Positions 1 to 12,957 of a DNA stretch of 64,000 nt are shown here, one piece after another; position 1 is the first letter of the stretch; each line of letters starts with the position of its first letter. The stretch covers positions 7,318,001 through 7,382,000 of the forward strand of contig CM075997.1 of NCBI GenBank assembly GCA_038087875.1, read 5' to 3'. The position numbers and the translations under genes are program-made. Source of the DNA: Malacoraja senta. Its lineage: Eukaryota. The notes under the pieces are model-generated. The model was not told the DNA's origin, ran no database searches, and saw only the letters and a list, made by a program, of their open reading frames with translations.

Positions 1-43
1 CCGGGAAGTCGGCGAAAAGAATTGCGTAAGTGGGACAGGCCCA
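1..43. mobile_element. Right end of a PIF/Harbinger-type MITE inserted in a V-SINE
   Basis: TAAGTGGGACAGGCCCA|TTA followed by the V-SINE 3' part (47-121). Confidence 0.75.
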
Positions 44-218
44 TTAGTGTGCGGGGATCGCTGGTCGGTGCGGACTCAGTGGGCCGAAGGGCCTGTTTCC
101 GCGCTGTATCTCTACACTAAAGTATCATTGAATCATTGAGATACACAGGTTCTTTTACACAGGGTAGGGGGAAGCATAAGGACATAGGTTGACAATGTGG
201 TCTGTTTTCTTTTGGCAG

Positions 219-494
219 GTGATGGTGATGAAGATGATGATGCACGGGAGGAGAAGCTTCCTTCATGCTTTGACTACGTCATGCATTTTCTGACCGTATT
301 TTGGAAAGTTCTGTTTGCCTTCGTCCCTCCCACGGAGTATTGGAATGGCTGGGCCTGCTTCATCACCTGCATGTTTGCGATCGGTTTACTTACGGCTTTC
401 ATCAACGATCTGGCTTCGCACTTCGGCTGCACAGTGGGCCTGAAGGATTCTGTCACGGCTGTGGTTTTTGTGGCGCTCGGCACTTCTATACCAG
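219..494 (+). CDS. SLC8A2: Na+/Ca2+ exchanger (SLC8A/NCX), penultimate coding exon (276 bp, phase 1-1)
   Basis: Acceptor tttggcag|219 and donor 494|gtaatc. Translates GDGDEDDDAREEKLPSCFDYVMHFLTVFWKVLFAFVPPTEYWNGWACF...HFGCTVGLKDSVTAVVFVALGTSIP, the canonical NCX segment leading into the alpha-2 repeat. Family is certain. Paralog call rests on GCTVGL, GTSIP, KVAALQD and RRRPHIGG (NCX2-like) plus linkage to CATSPERG (both on human 19q13). Confidence 0.9.
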
Positions 495-544
495 GTAATC
501 AGCAGAACGGCAAAGGCCGAATCACCGGTGGTAAATACTGCGGC

Positions 545-1352
545 AGGTTTAATCTGAAGTACGACACAAAAAGCTGGAGTAACTCAGCGGGACAGGCAGC
601 ATCTCTGGAGGAAAGGAATAGGTGACGTTTCGGGTCGAGACCCTTCTTCAGACTGAGAGACATGGGAAAGGGAAATGAGAGATATGGACGGCGATATAAA
701 GAGTTATGGAAACAATGAATGAAAGATATGTAAAAAGTAGCGATGATAAAGGAAACGAGCCATTGTTAGCGGTGTGCTAGGTGAAAACAAGTTACAGACA
801 ATGAAACTCAACAAGATGACCTTGAAGCTAGTGCGACGTTTGGATGGGAGAGGAATGGAGAGGGGCATGGTCAGAGTGAGCACCACCGGAAATTGGAGGA
901 ACAGCACCTCATATTCCGCTTGGGGAGTCTGCATCCTGGTGGCATGAACATTGACATCTTACAATTCTGTTAGCCCTGGCTGTCTCCTCCCCTTCCCATC
1001 TCTCCCTCAACCCACGGGCTCCTCCTCCTCCTTTTTCCTTTCTTCTCCCCGCCCCCTCCCACCACCCATCAGCCTGAAGAAGGGTTTCGACCCGAAACAT
1101 TACCTATTTCCTTCACTCCATAGATGCTGCTGCACCAGCTGAGTTTCTCCAGCATTTTTATGTACCAGGGGCATGCAAGGGTTACTTGGAGAAATCAATG
1201 TTCATACCGTTGGGTTGTAAGCTGCCCAAGCGAAATATGAGATGCTGTTCCTCCAATTTGTGCTGGGCCTCACTCTGACAATGGAGGAGGCCCAGGACAG
1301 AAAGATCAGTGTGGGAATGGGAATTAAAGTGTTTGGTAACCAGGAGATGAGG
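545..1352. mobile_element. Cluster of Penelope-like pLTR and endonuclease C-terminal fragments in both orientations
   Basis: KLEEQHLIFRLGSL.P.GMNID at ~890-960 (+) and 1182-1350 (-); hammerhead-like cores at 624-651 (-) and 1074-1101 (+). Confidence 0.85.
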
Positions 1353-1544
1353 CAGGTCCACTGGCAGCATATAATCTGTCTCATATTTAACATACTTAAC
1401 ATCAATGAATTATTGCGAATTAAGTGATGAAAGTAATTCCATTTTTTAAGCATTTCTGATTATATTGAATTTCATCGCCAGAGTTTAAGGGTGGCATTAA
1501 TATAGGTTAGCAGTAATAAAAATCATAAGATCACAAGACAAAAG

Positions 1545-1890
1545 ACATACGAACAAAATTAGGCCATTCGGGCCATCGCGTCTGCTCCATCAATTGAACA
1601 TGGCTGATCTATTTTTCCCTCTCAACCCCATTCTCCTGCCTTCTTCCTGTAACCTTTGACACACTTACTCATCAAGAACCTATCAATTTCTGCTTAAAAA
1701 ATAACCAGTGACGACCTGCACCGCCGGATGTGGCGATGAATTCCAGATTCACCACACTCTGGCTGAAGAAATTCCTCCTCAACTCCATTTTAAAGCCACG
1801 TCTTTTTATTCTGATGTTGTGCCCTCTGGTTCTAGACTCTCCAACTAGTGGTAACATCCTCTCAACATCCACTCTAATCCGAGCCTTTCA
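1545..1890 (-). mobile_element. CR1 LINE 3' fragment
   Basis: ORF 1672-1872 reads GESRTRGHNIRIK...FFSQSVVNL, followed by a CR1 3' UTR. Confidence 0.85.
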
Positions 1891-1913
1891 TTATTGGGTA
1901 GGCTGCAATGAAA

Positions 1914-2540
1914 GGCCTTTATAACAAGAGGAGTTGAGTATAGGAGCAAAGAGGTCCTTCTGCAGTTGTACAGGGCCCTAGTGAGACCACACCTGGAGTA
2001 TTGTGTGCAGTTTTGGTCCCCTAATTTGAGGAAGGACATTCTTGCTATTGAGGGAGTGCAGCGTAGGTTTACAAGGTTAATTCCCGGGATGGCGGGAGTG
2101 TCATATGCTGAGAGAATGGAGCGGCTGGGCTTGTACACTCTGGAGTTTAGAAGGATGAGAGGGATTCTCATTGAAACATATAAGATTGTTAAGTGCTTGG
2201 ACACGCTAGAGGCAGGAAACATGTTGGGGGAGTCCAGAACCAGGGGCCACAGTTTAAGAATAAGGTGTAAGCCATTTAGAACGGAGACGAGGAAACACTT
2301 TTTCTCACAGAGAGTGGTGAGTCTGTGGAATTCTCTGCCTCAGAGGGCGGTGGAGGCCGGTTCTCTGGATACTTTCAAGAGAGAGCTAGATAGGGCTCTT
2401 AAAGATAGCGGTCAGGGGATATAGGGAGAAGGCAGGAACGGGGTACTGATTGGGGATGATCAGCCATGATTACATTGAATGGCGGTGCTGGCCCGAAGGG
2501 CCGAATGGCCTACTCCTGCACCTATTGTCTATTGTCTATT
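1914..2540 (+). mobile_element. CR1 LINE 3' fragment in the last SLC8A intron
   Basis: LVRPHLEYCVQFWSP...RTRGHSL...FFSQRVVSLWNSLP; (CTATTGT)n tail. Confidence 0.93.
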
Positions 2541-3558
2541 GATAGATTCCCCCTCATCCCTCTGGAATAACATTATTAAACTTTATTTTAGACTCAAGGT
2601 CCAGACAAGAGATGACATTACACAAAATATATTGCATATAAAAACACCATAAAATACATATAAAAGCTTAGTAAATTACTTATAAGAGCATCATAAATTA
2701 TATACAAACACACAATGCATGATTTAAAATCCAGAATAGAAAGAAAGATCAGTGCCCTACAACAAGACAACGATACCAATAATGTTTTAGTTATGCGAAT
2801 GGATTTGTTATTTATGTTAAAAATTCAGTACATTTGAGAGATTTATCAGGTTCATATGTGATTGGAGCGGAATTAGGACATTCAGCCCATCAAGTCTACT
2901 CCGCCATTCAATCATGGCTGATCTATCTTTCCCCATTCTCTCGCCTTCTCCCCATAACCCCTAACACCCATACTAATCAAGAATCTGTGAATCTCTGCCT
3001 TAAAAAGATAACTTTTCCCCTACAAATTACTATTTCATAATTGAAATGAATCACAAACTAAATATTTAAGAAGGAACTGCAGATGCTGGAAAGTCAAAGG
3101 TAGACCAAAATGCTGGAGAAACTCAGCGGGTGAGGCAGCATCTTTGGAGCGAAGGGAATAGGCAACGTTTCAGGTTTCGGGCCTATGTGCTGCCTCACCC
3201 GCTGAGTTTATTTAGCATTTTTGTCTCCTACAAACTAAATATTGATGTTATGGTGTTTGCGATGAAACGTTGTAATCACTGCTACAAATGATAGTTTAGC
3301 TAATTACTGTGAACTAACATCAAATAGAATAAAAGGTAGACAAAAATGCTGGAGAAACTCAGCCGGGTGAGGCAGCATCTATGGAGCGAAGGAAATTCCT
3401 TCGCTCCACAGATGCTGCCTCACCCGCTGAGTTTCTCCGGCATTTTTGTCTACCTTTGATTTTCCAGCATCTGCAGTTCCTTCTTAATCAAAACAGAATA
3501 AATATAATTTAACGTCTATGGAAATATAACAGGGGATGTCTCGTTGGTGTTTTCCCAG

Positions 3559-3935
3559 ATACATTTGCCAGCAAGGTTGCTGCACTTCAAGACCAGTATG
3601 CGGATGCCTCCATCGGGAATGTAACCGGAAGCAACGCTGTGAATGTGTTCCTGGGAATCGGCTTGGCCTGGTCTGTTGCCGCCATCTACTGGGCTTCCAA
3701 GGGCAAGGAGTTTCGGGTGAATCCTGGCTCCCTGGCTTTCTCCGTCACACTTTTCACCATCTTTGCCTTCGTCACGATCAGCGTGCTCCTGTATAGAAGA
3801 CGGCCGCACATAGGTGGTGAACTGGGAGGCACTCGCCGTGGCAAGCTCATTACTTGTGCCATCTTCATCACCCTTTGGTTGCTGTATGTTATTTTCTCAG
3901 CCCTGGAGGCCTATTGCCACATTAAGGGGTTCTAA
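3559..3935 (+). CDS. SLC8A2: Na+/Ca2+ exchanger (SLC8A/NCX), terminal coding exon
   Basis: Acceptor ttttcccag|3559. G|AT completes the Asp of GTSIPD, in frame with exon 219-494. Reads DTFASKVAALQDQYADASIGNVTGSNAVNVFLGIG...LEAYCHIKGF*, the standard NCX C-terminus; TAA at 3933-3935. Confidence 0.92.
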
Positions 3936-6306
3936 ACCGAGAGGGGGGTGGGGGGGGGCATTCTTTTGCCTGCAAAAGAATGAGCTTCTGCCAGAGCTGC
4001 TGAAGAGTTCAAGAGGCAGCCTTGACATATTCCAAATCCCAGAGAAGGTGCTTTCTCAGCACGGATCACAAAACCAGATACTAACTGGCAAAAAATGGAG
4101 AGGCAAATATCTATCTGTTGAGTTTTTTTTTTGCCTTACCAAAAGGCTCTAAAGAGGGCTGTAACCAACAGTCTAAACATCAAGAAACCACCTGAAGTCA
4201 TTTTTTTAATTCCAATGGACCCAAAACATTTTTTTACATCTCTGAACTGAGCTTGCTACATTCTGAATGTTGAGAAAGAATCAGCCATTGAAGATAATGT
4301 GTTAGCATTGTGTAGAAGAAGCTTTGGTCCACGATATCTAAGTGTCTTTCCTTGTATAGTTGTGATAATTCATCTCACTCAATAAGCTGATCATTTAACT
4401 TGAATAGCAGAAAGGTAAATCATGACACTGGTCCTAAAATAATGGGTGAAAATCTGCACCTTACCACGAGGTGCGTATTTGTTACATGTGTACAGTATGA
4501 TAGGTGTATTTTTGTCTTGCTGTAAAGCTTGGTGTGCAAGTTGCATCCTGGTGATAAGTTTGCGTGTAAAATAGACATCCACATTTGCTCACTTTTTCTA
4601 AAAATTAGTGCAGAATCCAAATTCATGGCAACTTTTCCTGTGGTAAACTTCATTTATTAAATTCGCTAAACTCACAAGTAATTTACAAAATTGTCTTGCT
4701 TTCTCCTTCTAGTGTTCAGATTAGATTGCCTCACAGAAAAAAAAAATACATTCCAAAATGTTACTATTTATACTTTAGATAAGTGGGTTGATTGCAGACC
4801 TGGACTTTTAGTATAATCTTAGTCGATTTGGACTAATCATGATGGGAGAAAATCCTTACAATGGTAGGACAGAAGATGAAAACCTTGTCAAAAAAATATA
4901 AACGGAAGAATACAAAAGTGAAGACCAAGGACATTTTTGCAAAGATGAGCCTCTTCTTAATCTTACCAAAGTGAGAGATGGTGCAATTATATTTGAACGC
5001 ACTACTCCTGCTCCCATTGTTCATAACAGATTGGGAGTAGCACAATATTATTTGTTAAGGATTTGACAATTGTATCTGCACAGACTAAATCACTGCTGTG
5101 TTCAATGTTTACCCGCTGTTTTTAGGATACAAACACTGAAAGAACTATTCGAACGAGTATAAGCAGTCGAGATAGATGGAATTCTACCTGAGTTATTTGC
5201 ATCTGAATTTATGTAAAGGATCTCAACTGACTGACTAGTGAGGTGTTTAGGGAATACAACACTGCCAGAGAAGTTACCTTTTGCTGAGAAGTTCAATCAA
5301 GACTCCATCTGCCTTATCGGGCAGACATACAGATTCAGTAGTGTTATCTTGAAGAAAAAAGCACAGTAATATCTCCGCGTCTCGACCAATACTGATCGCT
5401 CGGTCAACATCACAAAGAGAAAACAACAATTTTTTAAAATGTTATCACTGTTTCTGGATGCTTGCAGATTTAAAGATTTAAAGAATGGAATTGGTTATAA
5501 TGGGATCTGGGAGCTCAACCAGAAGTTCAAAAACTATAAATGTCTTTCCGATGTATAGTTGCATATATATAAACACACACAGAGTGTACAGTTGTGAAAT
5601 GTCTGCATGCATCTGTACAAAAAAAAATGTTTGGAAGCTCTGTAACTGCCTTCGTAAGAGTCAAATGTATAAAATGTTAAATCTATCTAAGTGCTTGAAT
5701 GATTTTGCTTACAAAACCCAGACAATGGAGTTGGAAGGAAGAGGTCCACCTCCATTATCACTTTGTAAATAATGGAATTTTGACTGCAAATTTAAAAGCA
5801 TGTTTTTGACTTATGTCCTGCCCTTCCCCCAACTCTTCCAATGGGACCAGGGTTAGTTTTCCTTGTTTTATTCTTTGTTCATCATGGTGGCCACAAAGTG
5901 TTCAAATGTCCTGAGTTTTGGCATCGCTGGTTGGAGTTAAACAGGTGGAACTGAAAGTCAACGAATTAAGTTTCTTCTCCGTCTTAAGTTCCCCTGCATG
6001 TTACTACGAAAGAGCTGTATTCTGTGGTAAGTGTTGGTCGGTTGTCCGGATATTATCTTGCTGTAGGTTGGGCTTTCACGTACTTAGTATCCTTGTGTTC
6101 ACTCCACAGGACGTAGAGAGCCCCTGGAATCGAGAACTCGAGCGGCAGACGTGGAATGAGAAGAAATGCATGGTTGTGTTTTTATTGTGTCTGGAAGTGG
6201 CTATAGAGTCATGCACACCACCGTATCCCAGTGAGTACAGAGGATCAACCATTTTGGGGAGCTGGAACGTCCTCTTCAAGGTGGTTTAGAGAGGAAATGA
6301 GGAGCG
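3936..6306 (+). other. Putative proximal 3' UTR of the SLC8A gene
   Basis: About 2.4 kb directly after the stop with no recognisable transposon, unlike the rest of the window. ATTAAA at ~4656 and a Pumilio-type TGTAAATA at 5764-5771. The true 3' end cannot be determined. Confidence 0.55.
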
Positions 6307-6309
6307 TTA

Positions 6310-6675
6310 AGGGCCGGTCCCACTTTCCCCGAGCTGCTCACGAATTCTCCCGAGTTTTCCCCTTGATTCAAACTCAGAGAATGTTCGTAACGGGTCCGTA
6401 GGAGGCCGTAGATCTATCGTAGGGCTCGTTATGTAAGCCGTAGGTACTCGGGGCATTAAATGTTGCAATTTTTCTCCTCCCGACTATCTTTTTACTCGTG
6501 GACATTTGTGCCATGCTGGAAAAAACATTCCGACTTACCTGATGCTCCGAGTATTTACGGCTGGCATAACGAGCCACTACGATATATCTACGGACTCCTA
6601 CGGCCGTTACGAACATTCTCCGGGTTTGAGTCAAGGGGAAAACTCGGGAGAATTCGGGAAAGTGGGACAGGCCCT
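6310..6675. mobile_element. PIF/Harbinger-type MITE with long inverted arms
   Basis: TTA|AGGGCCGGTCCCACTT...AAGTGGGACAGGCCCT|TTA; imperfect inverted arms of ~150 bp. Confidence 0.88.
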
Positions 6676-7872
6676 TTATTTGCAATTGAAGTCCAGAGAG
6701 TATGATTCAATGACACTTCATTATCGCATGTACCTAGGTACAGTGAAAGGCTTTGTTTTTACATACAATGCACAAAGTACGCCAAGAGTCGTCACGTATC
6801 TGGCATCGATAAAGTTACAAAGTATTACGGGCGGCACGATGGTGCAGCGGTTGAGTCGCTGCCTAGGATAGTGTTCATGGTGTGGGGATCGCTAGTGGCC
6901 ATGGACTTGGTGGGTCGAAGGGCCTGCTTCCGCACTGTATCTCTAAACTAAACTAAAAATGAAACCATCCTACTCACACTTGGGACAATCTTACACATAC
7001 CAATCCAATTAACGCCCAACTCAAGAAATTCCTCCTCATCTCCTTCCTAAAAGAATGTCCTTTAATTCTGAGGCTGTGACCTCCGGTCCTAGACTCTCCC
7101 ACTAGTGGAAACATCCTCTCCACATCCACTCTATCCAGGATACATTCAAGAGCAGCAGTTATCAGAACAAGAAAATCCTTGCTGCAGAGATAGCTGACTC
7201 TTTAGTCAGAGGGTGGTGAATCTGTGGAATTCACGGCTTCAGAAGACTGTGTAGGCCAAGTCAATGGATGTTTTTAATGCAGAGATATAGATTCTTGATC
7301 AGTACGGGTGTCAGGGGTTACGGGGAGAAGGCAGGAGAATGGGATTCGGAGGGAGAGATAGATCAGCCATGATTGAATGGCAGAGTAGACTTGATGGGCC
7401 GAATTACCTCATTCTGCTCCTATCACTTATGAACTTATGCTCAAAAAGATCTCTGGCACCAACCAAGTCCGATGTCCGTAAAGCAGCTGAACGCACAGCC
7501 CCATTTAAAGAATCTTGTCTTGAGGGTAGCCAGCTGTCCATTCTGTAATATGTGCTCTGATTCCACATTCTCTCGCCAATACATTCATCTATTATGTAGA
7601 ACCTTATTTGAAAGCCTTGAGGAAGTCTACAGAGAACCTGACAGTTGTCGGAATTTAAAGAACAATTTTTAATTAACTTTACAATGAATGTTATACTGAA
7701 GGCTGTAACGTACACTTGACCAAGGAAGGAGCTGAATTATCATAAAACTAAGAATTATATCACTAATATGTTTAAATATTCATATTAGGGAATTGGAGCA
7801 CACCCACACAGTAGTTTTAAGAAGCCAGATTACTATTGAGTAGTAAGTCATTTAAAATGCTTATAATAGTTA

Positions 7873-8190
7873 GGGCAGCACGGTGGCACAGCGCGTAGAT
7901 TTACTGCCCTTTACAGCACCAGAGACCTGGGTTAGATACTGACTGTATGGAATCTGTATGGAGTTTGTATGTTCTCCCCGTGACCTGCGTGGGATTTATC
8001 CAGGATCTCCGGTTTCCATCCCCACTCCAAAGACGTACAGGTTTGTAGGTTAATTGGCTTGGTGTAATTGTAAATTGTCCCTAGTGTGTGTAGGATAGTG
8101 TTCGTGTGTGGGGATCGCTGGTCGGCGCGGGCTCGGTGGGCCGAAGGGCCTGCTTCTCGATATACGCTGTATCTCGAAACTAAAATAAAA
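7873..8190 (+). mobile_element. V-SINE (HE1-type)
   Basis: GGCAGCACGGTGGCACAG head, V-domain and CR1-like 3' tail. Confidence 0.85.
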
Positions 8191-8564
8191 ACCTGAAACA
8201 TAACCCTGTTTCTCTCCTCATGAATGCTGCCCGACATCCTGCTTTTTTTCTAGATTTGCAGCTTTCTTTTTTTTGGACCATTTTTTTGCTTTTCCGGCTT
8301 CTCGGTTTTGGCCTGACAGCACAACTTAAAGGTGAGCGGGACAAAGTTGACAGGAGATGTGCGGGGAAAGTATTTTATACAGAGGGTGGTGGGTGCCTGG
8401 AACGTGCTGCTGGGGGTGGTGGTGGAGGCAGATACAACAGTGGCCTTTAAGAAGCTTTTAGATTGGCACATGGATATGCAGGGAATGAAGGGTCAATGAT
8501 TAACTTGATTGAAGTTTAAGATTCTAAAACAATTCGATTCCAAAAGAGAAAGTCTCGTATGACC

Positions 8565-9203
8565 ATAACAAGAGGAGTTGAGTATAGGAGCAAAGAGGTC
8601 CTTCTGCAGTTGTACAGGGCCCTAGCGAGACCACACCTGGAGTATTGTGTGCAGTTTTGGTCTCCTAATTTGAGGAAGGACATTCTTGCTATTGAGGGAG
8701 TGCAGCGTAGGTTCACAAGGTTAATTCCCAGCATGGCGGGACTGTCATATGCTGAGAGAATGGAGCGGCTGGGCTTGTATACTCTGGAATTTAGAAGGAT
8801 GAGAGGGAATCTTATTGAAACATATAAGATCATTAAAGGTTTGGACACGCTAGAGGCAGGATACATGTTCCTGATGTTGGGGGAGTCCAGAACAAGGGGC
8901 CACATATTAAGAATAAAGGGTAGGCCATTTAGGAACGGAGACGAGGAAACACTGTTTCACACAGAGAGTTGTGAGTCTGTGGAATTCTCTGCCGCAGAGG
9001 GCAGTGGAAGACAGTTCTCTGGATACTTTCAAGAGAGAGCTAGACAGGGCTCTTAAAGATAACGGAGTCGGGGATATGGGGAGAAGGCAGGAACGGGGTA
9101 CAGATTGGGGATGATCAGCCATGATCACATTGAATGGCGATGCTGGCTCGCAGGGCCAAGTGGCCTACACCTGCACCTATTGTCTATTGTCTATTGTCTA
9201 TTG
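8565..9203 (+). mobile_element. CR1 LINE 3' fragment
   Basis: Same subfamily as 1914-2540; frameshift near the C-terminus; (CTATTGT)n tail. Confidence 0.93.
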
Positions 9204-10002
9204 ACTAATCTCAGTGTATTCTAAGTATGGGCTAGAGAGTTGAAGAAATGTATCTAGATTTGACTTGTCTCAAGTCAAGAGAGTTTATTGTCATGTGTCC
9301 CAGATAGGACAATGAAATTCCTTTAATAAAGTGCTACATAATAGATGGATGCAAGGGTGAGAGAATGGGGGAATCAAGGCCCAAGGCACAATACTTTGAA
9401 GAAGGGTCCCAATCCAAAAAGGTCACCCATCTCATGTTCTCCAGGGATGCTGCCTGACCCGCTGTTACTCTAGCATTTTGTGTCTATCTTCGGTGTAATC
9501 TGCACTTGCTTCCTACATAGAATGTATTGTTAGCTAGCCTCAAGAGAGAAAGCAAAGAGGATAGTTAATGGGAGTGACAGAGGCGCAAAGTAGGGACATG
9601 GATTAGTGTTGCGCCCATTACTGGTCAGAATTTAAAGGTTTCTGGAAAAGCATAATGTGTAAATTTGTAAATAGTGGGAGGAATAAGTTGAAAATAATGA
9701 AGTAGGCATACATGGATTAGTGTTGGGTCTGGGACTGGTCAGAGTATATATTAACAAGGTTTATAAAAAAAGCATAATGTGTAAATTTGGAAATGTTGAG
9801 GGAAAAGAGTTGCAAATAGTCTTTTTTTTTTAGAAGATTCCAATGAATTACAAGACAAAACTTCAGCAATGATTGTATAATGTCAGTTGCATGTTTCTGA
9901 GGAGACGGTTATATACTGTTTCTAAAGAAATGATCCAAATCCTGGGAAAATGGCAAAATTAGATCCAAAACTAACTCAGCCGAAAAATGCAAAGGATAAC
10001 AG

Positions 10003-10500
10003 TTTTTATTTTTTTTTATTTTTATTTTTACTGGAAGCAATTGTACAAAAAAAGAATGACTTAACAGTTCTACAACTCTAGCACAGCTTCAATTTTAACA
10101 TTTTACAAAGAATACTAAATTGAAATAAGAAAAAAGAGAGAAAGAGAAAGATGAAATGAAGGAGAAAGAAGAGGAGATATGTCCGTCGACCCACGCCTGT
10201 GCCCGCTCACCCAGTCCTACAATCAGTTTTGAGTTTGTGTTCAACCATTGTATTGTTCAAGAAATTCAATAAAAGGAGACCATATTTTTAAGAATTGATC
10301 TGGTTTGTCAGTCAAGACAAACCTGATTCTTTCTACATGTAGTGTCTCTGTCATTTCCGTTATCCACATCTTCACTGAGGGGACTGTTGTCTTTTTCCAA
10401 AATTTAAGTATAAGTTTTTTAGCTGATATTAGACCGTAATCAAGAAAGCATCTTTGAAATACCTCAACGGATAACAGTTGATGGGTATTTTTATAACCAT
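10003..10500 (-). mobile_element. L1/Tx1-type LINE 3' fragment
   Basis: AKKLILKFWKK..PSVKMW...LHVERIRF...FLKIWSPFIEFL is typical of the fish L1 ORF2 C-terminus; A-rich tail at ~10003-10030. Confidence 0.75.
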
Positions 10501-10559
10501 GGAGTTGCAACGAGTGGAATTGTACAGGGTTCAGTACTGTATCTGCTCCCTTGTAACAG

Positions 10560-11075
10560 GGTCATACAGCATGGAAGCAGGGCCTTCAGTCCAACTGGAA
10601 CATGCCAATCAAGATGCCCCATCAAAGCTAATCCCATTTCCTCGCATTTGGTCCATTTCCCTCTAAACCTTTCCTATCCGTACCTGTCCCAGTGCATCTT
10701 AAATATTGTTATTGTTTCTGCCACAACTACCTCGATCCATTTACTCACCACCCATGTAGAGTGATAAAAGTTGCCCCCCAGGTTTGTGTAAAATCTTGCC
10801 CCTCACCATAAACCAATGTCCTCTGGTCCTCGATTCACCTACTCTGGGCAAGAGACTCTGTGGATCTACCCGATCTATTCCTCTCATGATTTTATACACC
10901 TCTATAAGATCACCCCTCATCCTCCTGCGCTCCAAAGAATAGAATCCCAGCCTGCTCAAGCACTCTCAAGAGCACAGACCCTCTAGTCCTAGCAACATCT
11001 TCGTAAATCATCTCTGTACCCTTTCCAGCTTGACAACATCTTTCCTATAACACGGCGCCCACAACTGAACACAAT
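10560..11075 (-). mobile_element. CR1 LINE 3' fragment
   Basis: RLGFYSLERRRMRGDLIEVYKIMRGIDRVD...SRTRGH. Confidence 0.88.
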
Positions 11076-11977
11076 TGATTTGATTGAAATTTAAATTTCT
11101 AAAATAACCAATAGAATAAAAACAGGATTGATTGTCGCTGGTCGAGGAGCAAAATCTACAAGCCTTGACCCTTCTTGAAATTGTGGAAATATTTTGTGTT
11201 TTTTTTCCTCAAAATGGCAATTAAGGCAGGGTCAATTGTTAATTTGAAATCAGAGATTGATAGAAATGGGGTAAAAAAAAAAGCAGATGTGTCAAATCAG
11301 TCATAATTTTACTGAATAACGGAACACTCAATGAGCTCAATAATCTGCTCTAGACCATCATCCACTGATATTGTTGATGACCAGACTATTATGAAAGAAG
11401 GGTCTCGACCCGAAACATTGCCTATTTCTTCGCTCCATAGATGCTGCCTCACCCGCTGAGTTTCTCCAGCATTTTTGTCTACAGACTATTATGAAACATT
11501 TTTTTTCATAAACATAATGGAGACATAGCTATATTGTAAGGAACCACACTTCAAAAACGCTCTGATGGTAGAGACTGGGTTCAAACCTGACCTCTGGTGC
11601 TATCTGTGTGGAGTTTGCATGTTCTCACTGTGACCACATGGGTTTCCTCCAAGTGCGCCGGTCTCCCTCCACATCCCAAGGACGAGCGGGTTGGTGCGTT
11701 AATTATCTGCTGTAAACTGTCCCTTCTCTGTGTATCTGATGAGCAAAATTTGGGGGGAATTGATAACAATATGCAGAGAATAAAGTTGGACAAGGTTAGT
11801 CTGGATAAGGGTCCCACCTTGAAACTTTACCTGTCCGTGTCCTCCAGAGATACTGCCTGACCTGATGAGTTACTCCAGCATTTAGTGTTTTTCTCTGGAT
11901 TAGATTAGTGTAGGATTAGTGTAAATGGGATGACTGACAGTGCCAAATAGCATGTTTCCATGCTCTCTCTCTCTTTA

Positions 11978-12292
11978 TTAGTTTAGTTTAGAGATACAGC
12001 ACGGAAACAGGCCCTTCGGCCCATCGGGTCCGCGCCGACCAGCGATCCCCGCACATTAACACTTTCCTACACACACTAGGGACAATTGACATTTATACAT
12101 AGCCAATTAACCGACAAACCTGCATGTCTCTGGAGTGTGGGAGGAAACTGAAGATCTCAGAGAAAACCGACCCGGTCACGGGGACAATGTACAAACCCCG
12201 TACAGACAGCGCCCGTAGTCGGGATTGAACCCGGGTCTCTGGCGCTGCAAGCTCTGTAAAGCAACAACTCTACCGCTGCACCACCGTGCCGC
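11978..12292 (-). mobile_element. Full-length V-SINE (HE1-type)
   Basis: Reverse complement of the same head, V-domain and (TAAAC)n tail. Confidence 0.88.
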
Positions 12293-12957
12293 TCTTTACA
12301 TTACGTAGCACGTGTTGATCTGTATTACAGAACACTTTTTGATATGCTGACGTAATGAAGGTCAGTATTTAAATCCAACATGGATGAACATTGGAGTAAA
12401 GTAGGCTGCACAGCTGCTGATGTTCTCTGTTAATGACCCGAATTGAAACCTAATTGATCCAAAATTGGATTGAAAACGCAATTTATTTGTTAAATCTAAA
12501 ATAGGAAAAAACAGTGGAGGTGAGGATTTCAGTGTAGATTTGGTTCGAGAGCCAGGATTAGCTAGGTATGCCTGTTTAAACACTGGCCTTACAGCAACAG
12601 ACCAAGTCAGCACTGAGGCTCATGGTGTCATTCTAATCTCCAAACTAGATGATCTAAGTCACAGGGGATCTACTAGTGAGACGTACATCAGCAAAATGGT
12701 TGAATTTTAATTAAAAGAGGAGCAGAGGATTTAAAGCCGATTAAATGAACGAAAAATAACTGTAGCAGAAAATAATATGAGGAAGAGATTATAATGGCAA
12801 TATAATTCAAAGTCATTTGTTAAACATAGAGCAATGTTTGCTGGATGCTACAGTGGGCGATAGGTTTAGGTTTGTTATTGCCACGTGTAACTAGGTACAG
12901 TGAAAAGCTTTATTTTGCATGCTATCAAAACAGATCAGATATACCATAAATAGATAC

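Noticed and set aside
197..625. 142-aa ORF as a complete gene
   Set aside because: It is the SLC8A exon 219-494 read through both splice sites into intron and Penelope sequence.
5918..6289. 123-aa ORF downstream of SLC8A
   Set aside because: TTG start, no recognisable homology, and it lies in the putative 3' UTR.
9596..9820. Diverged tandem duplication of ~115 bp
   Set aside because: Appears to be decayed repeat-derived sequence with no structure or coding signal.
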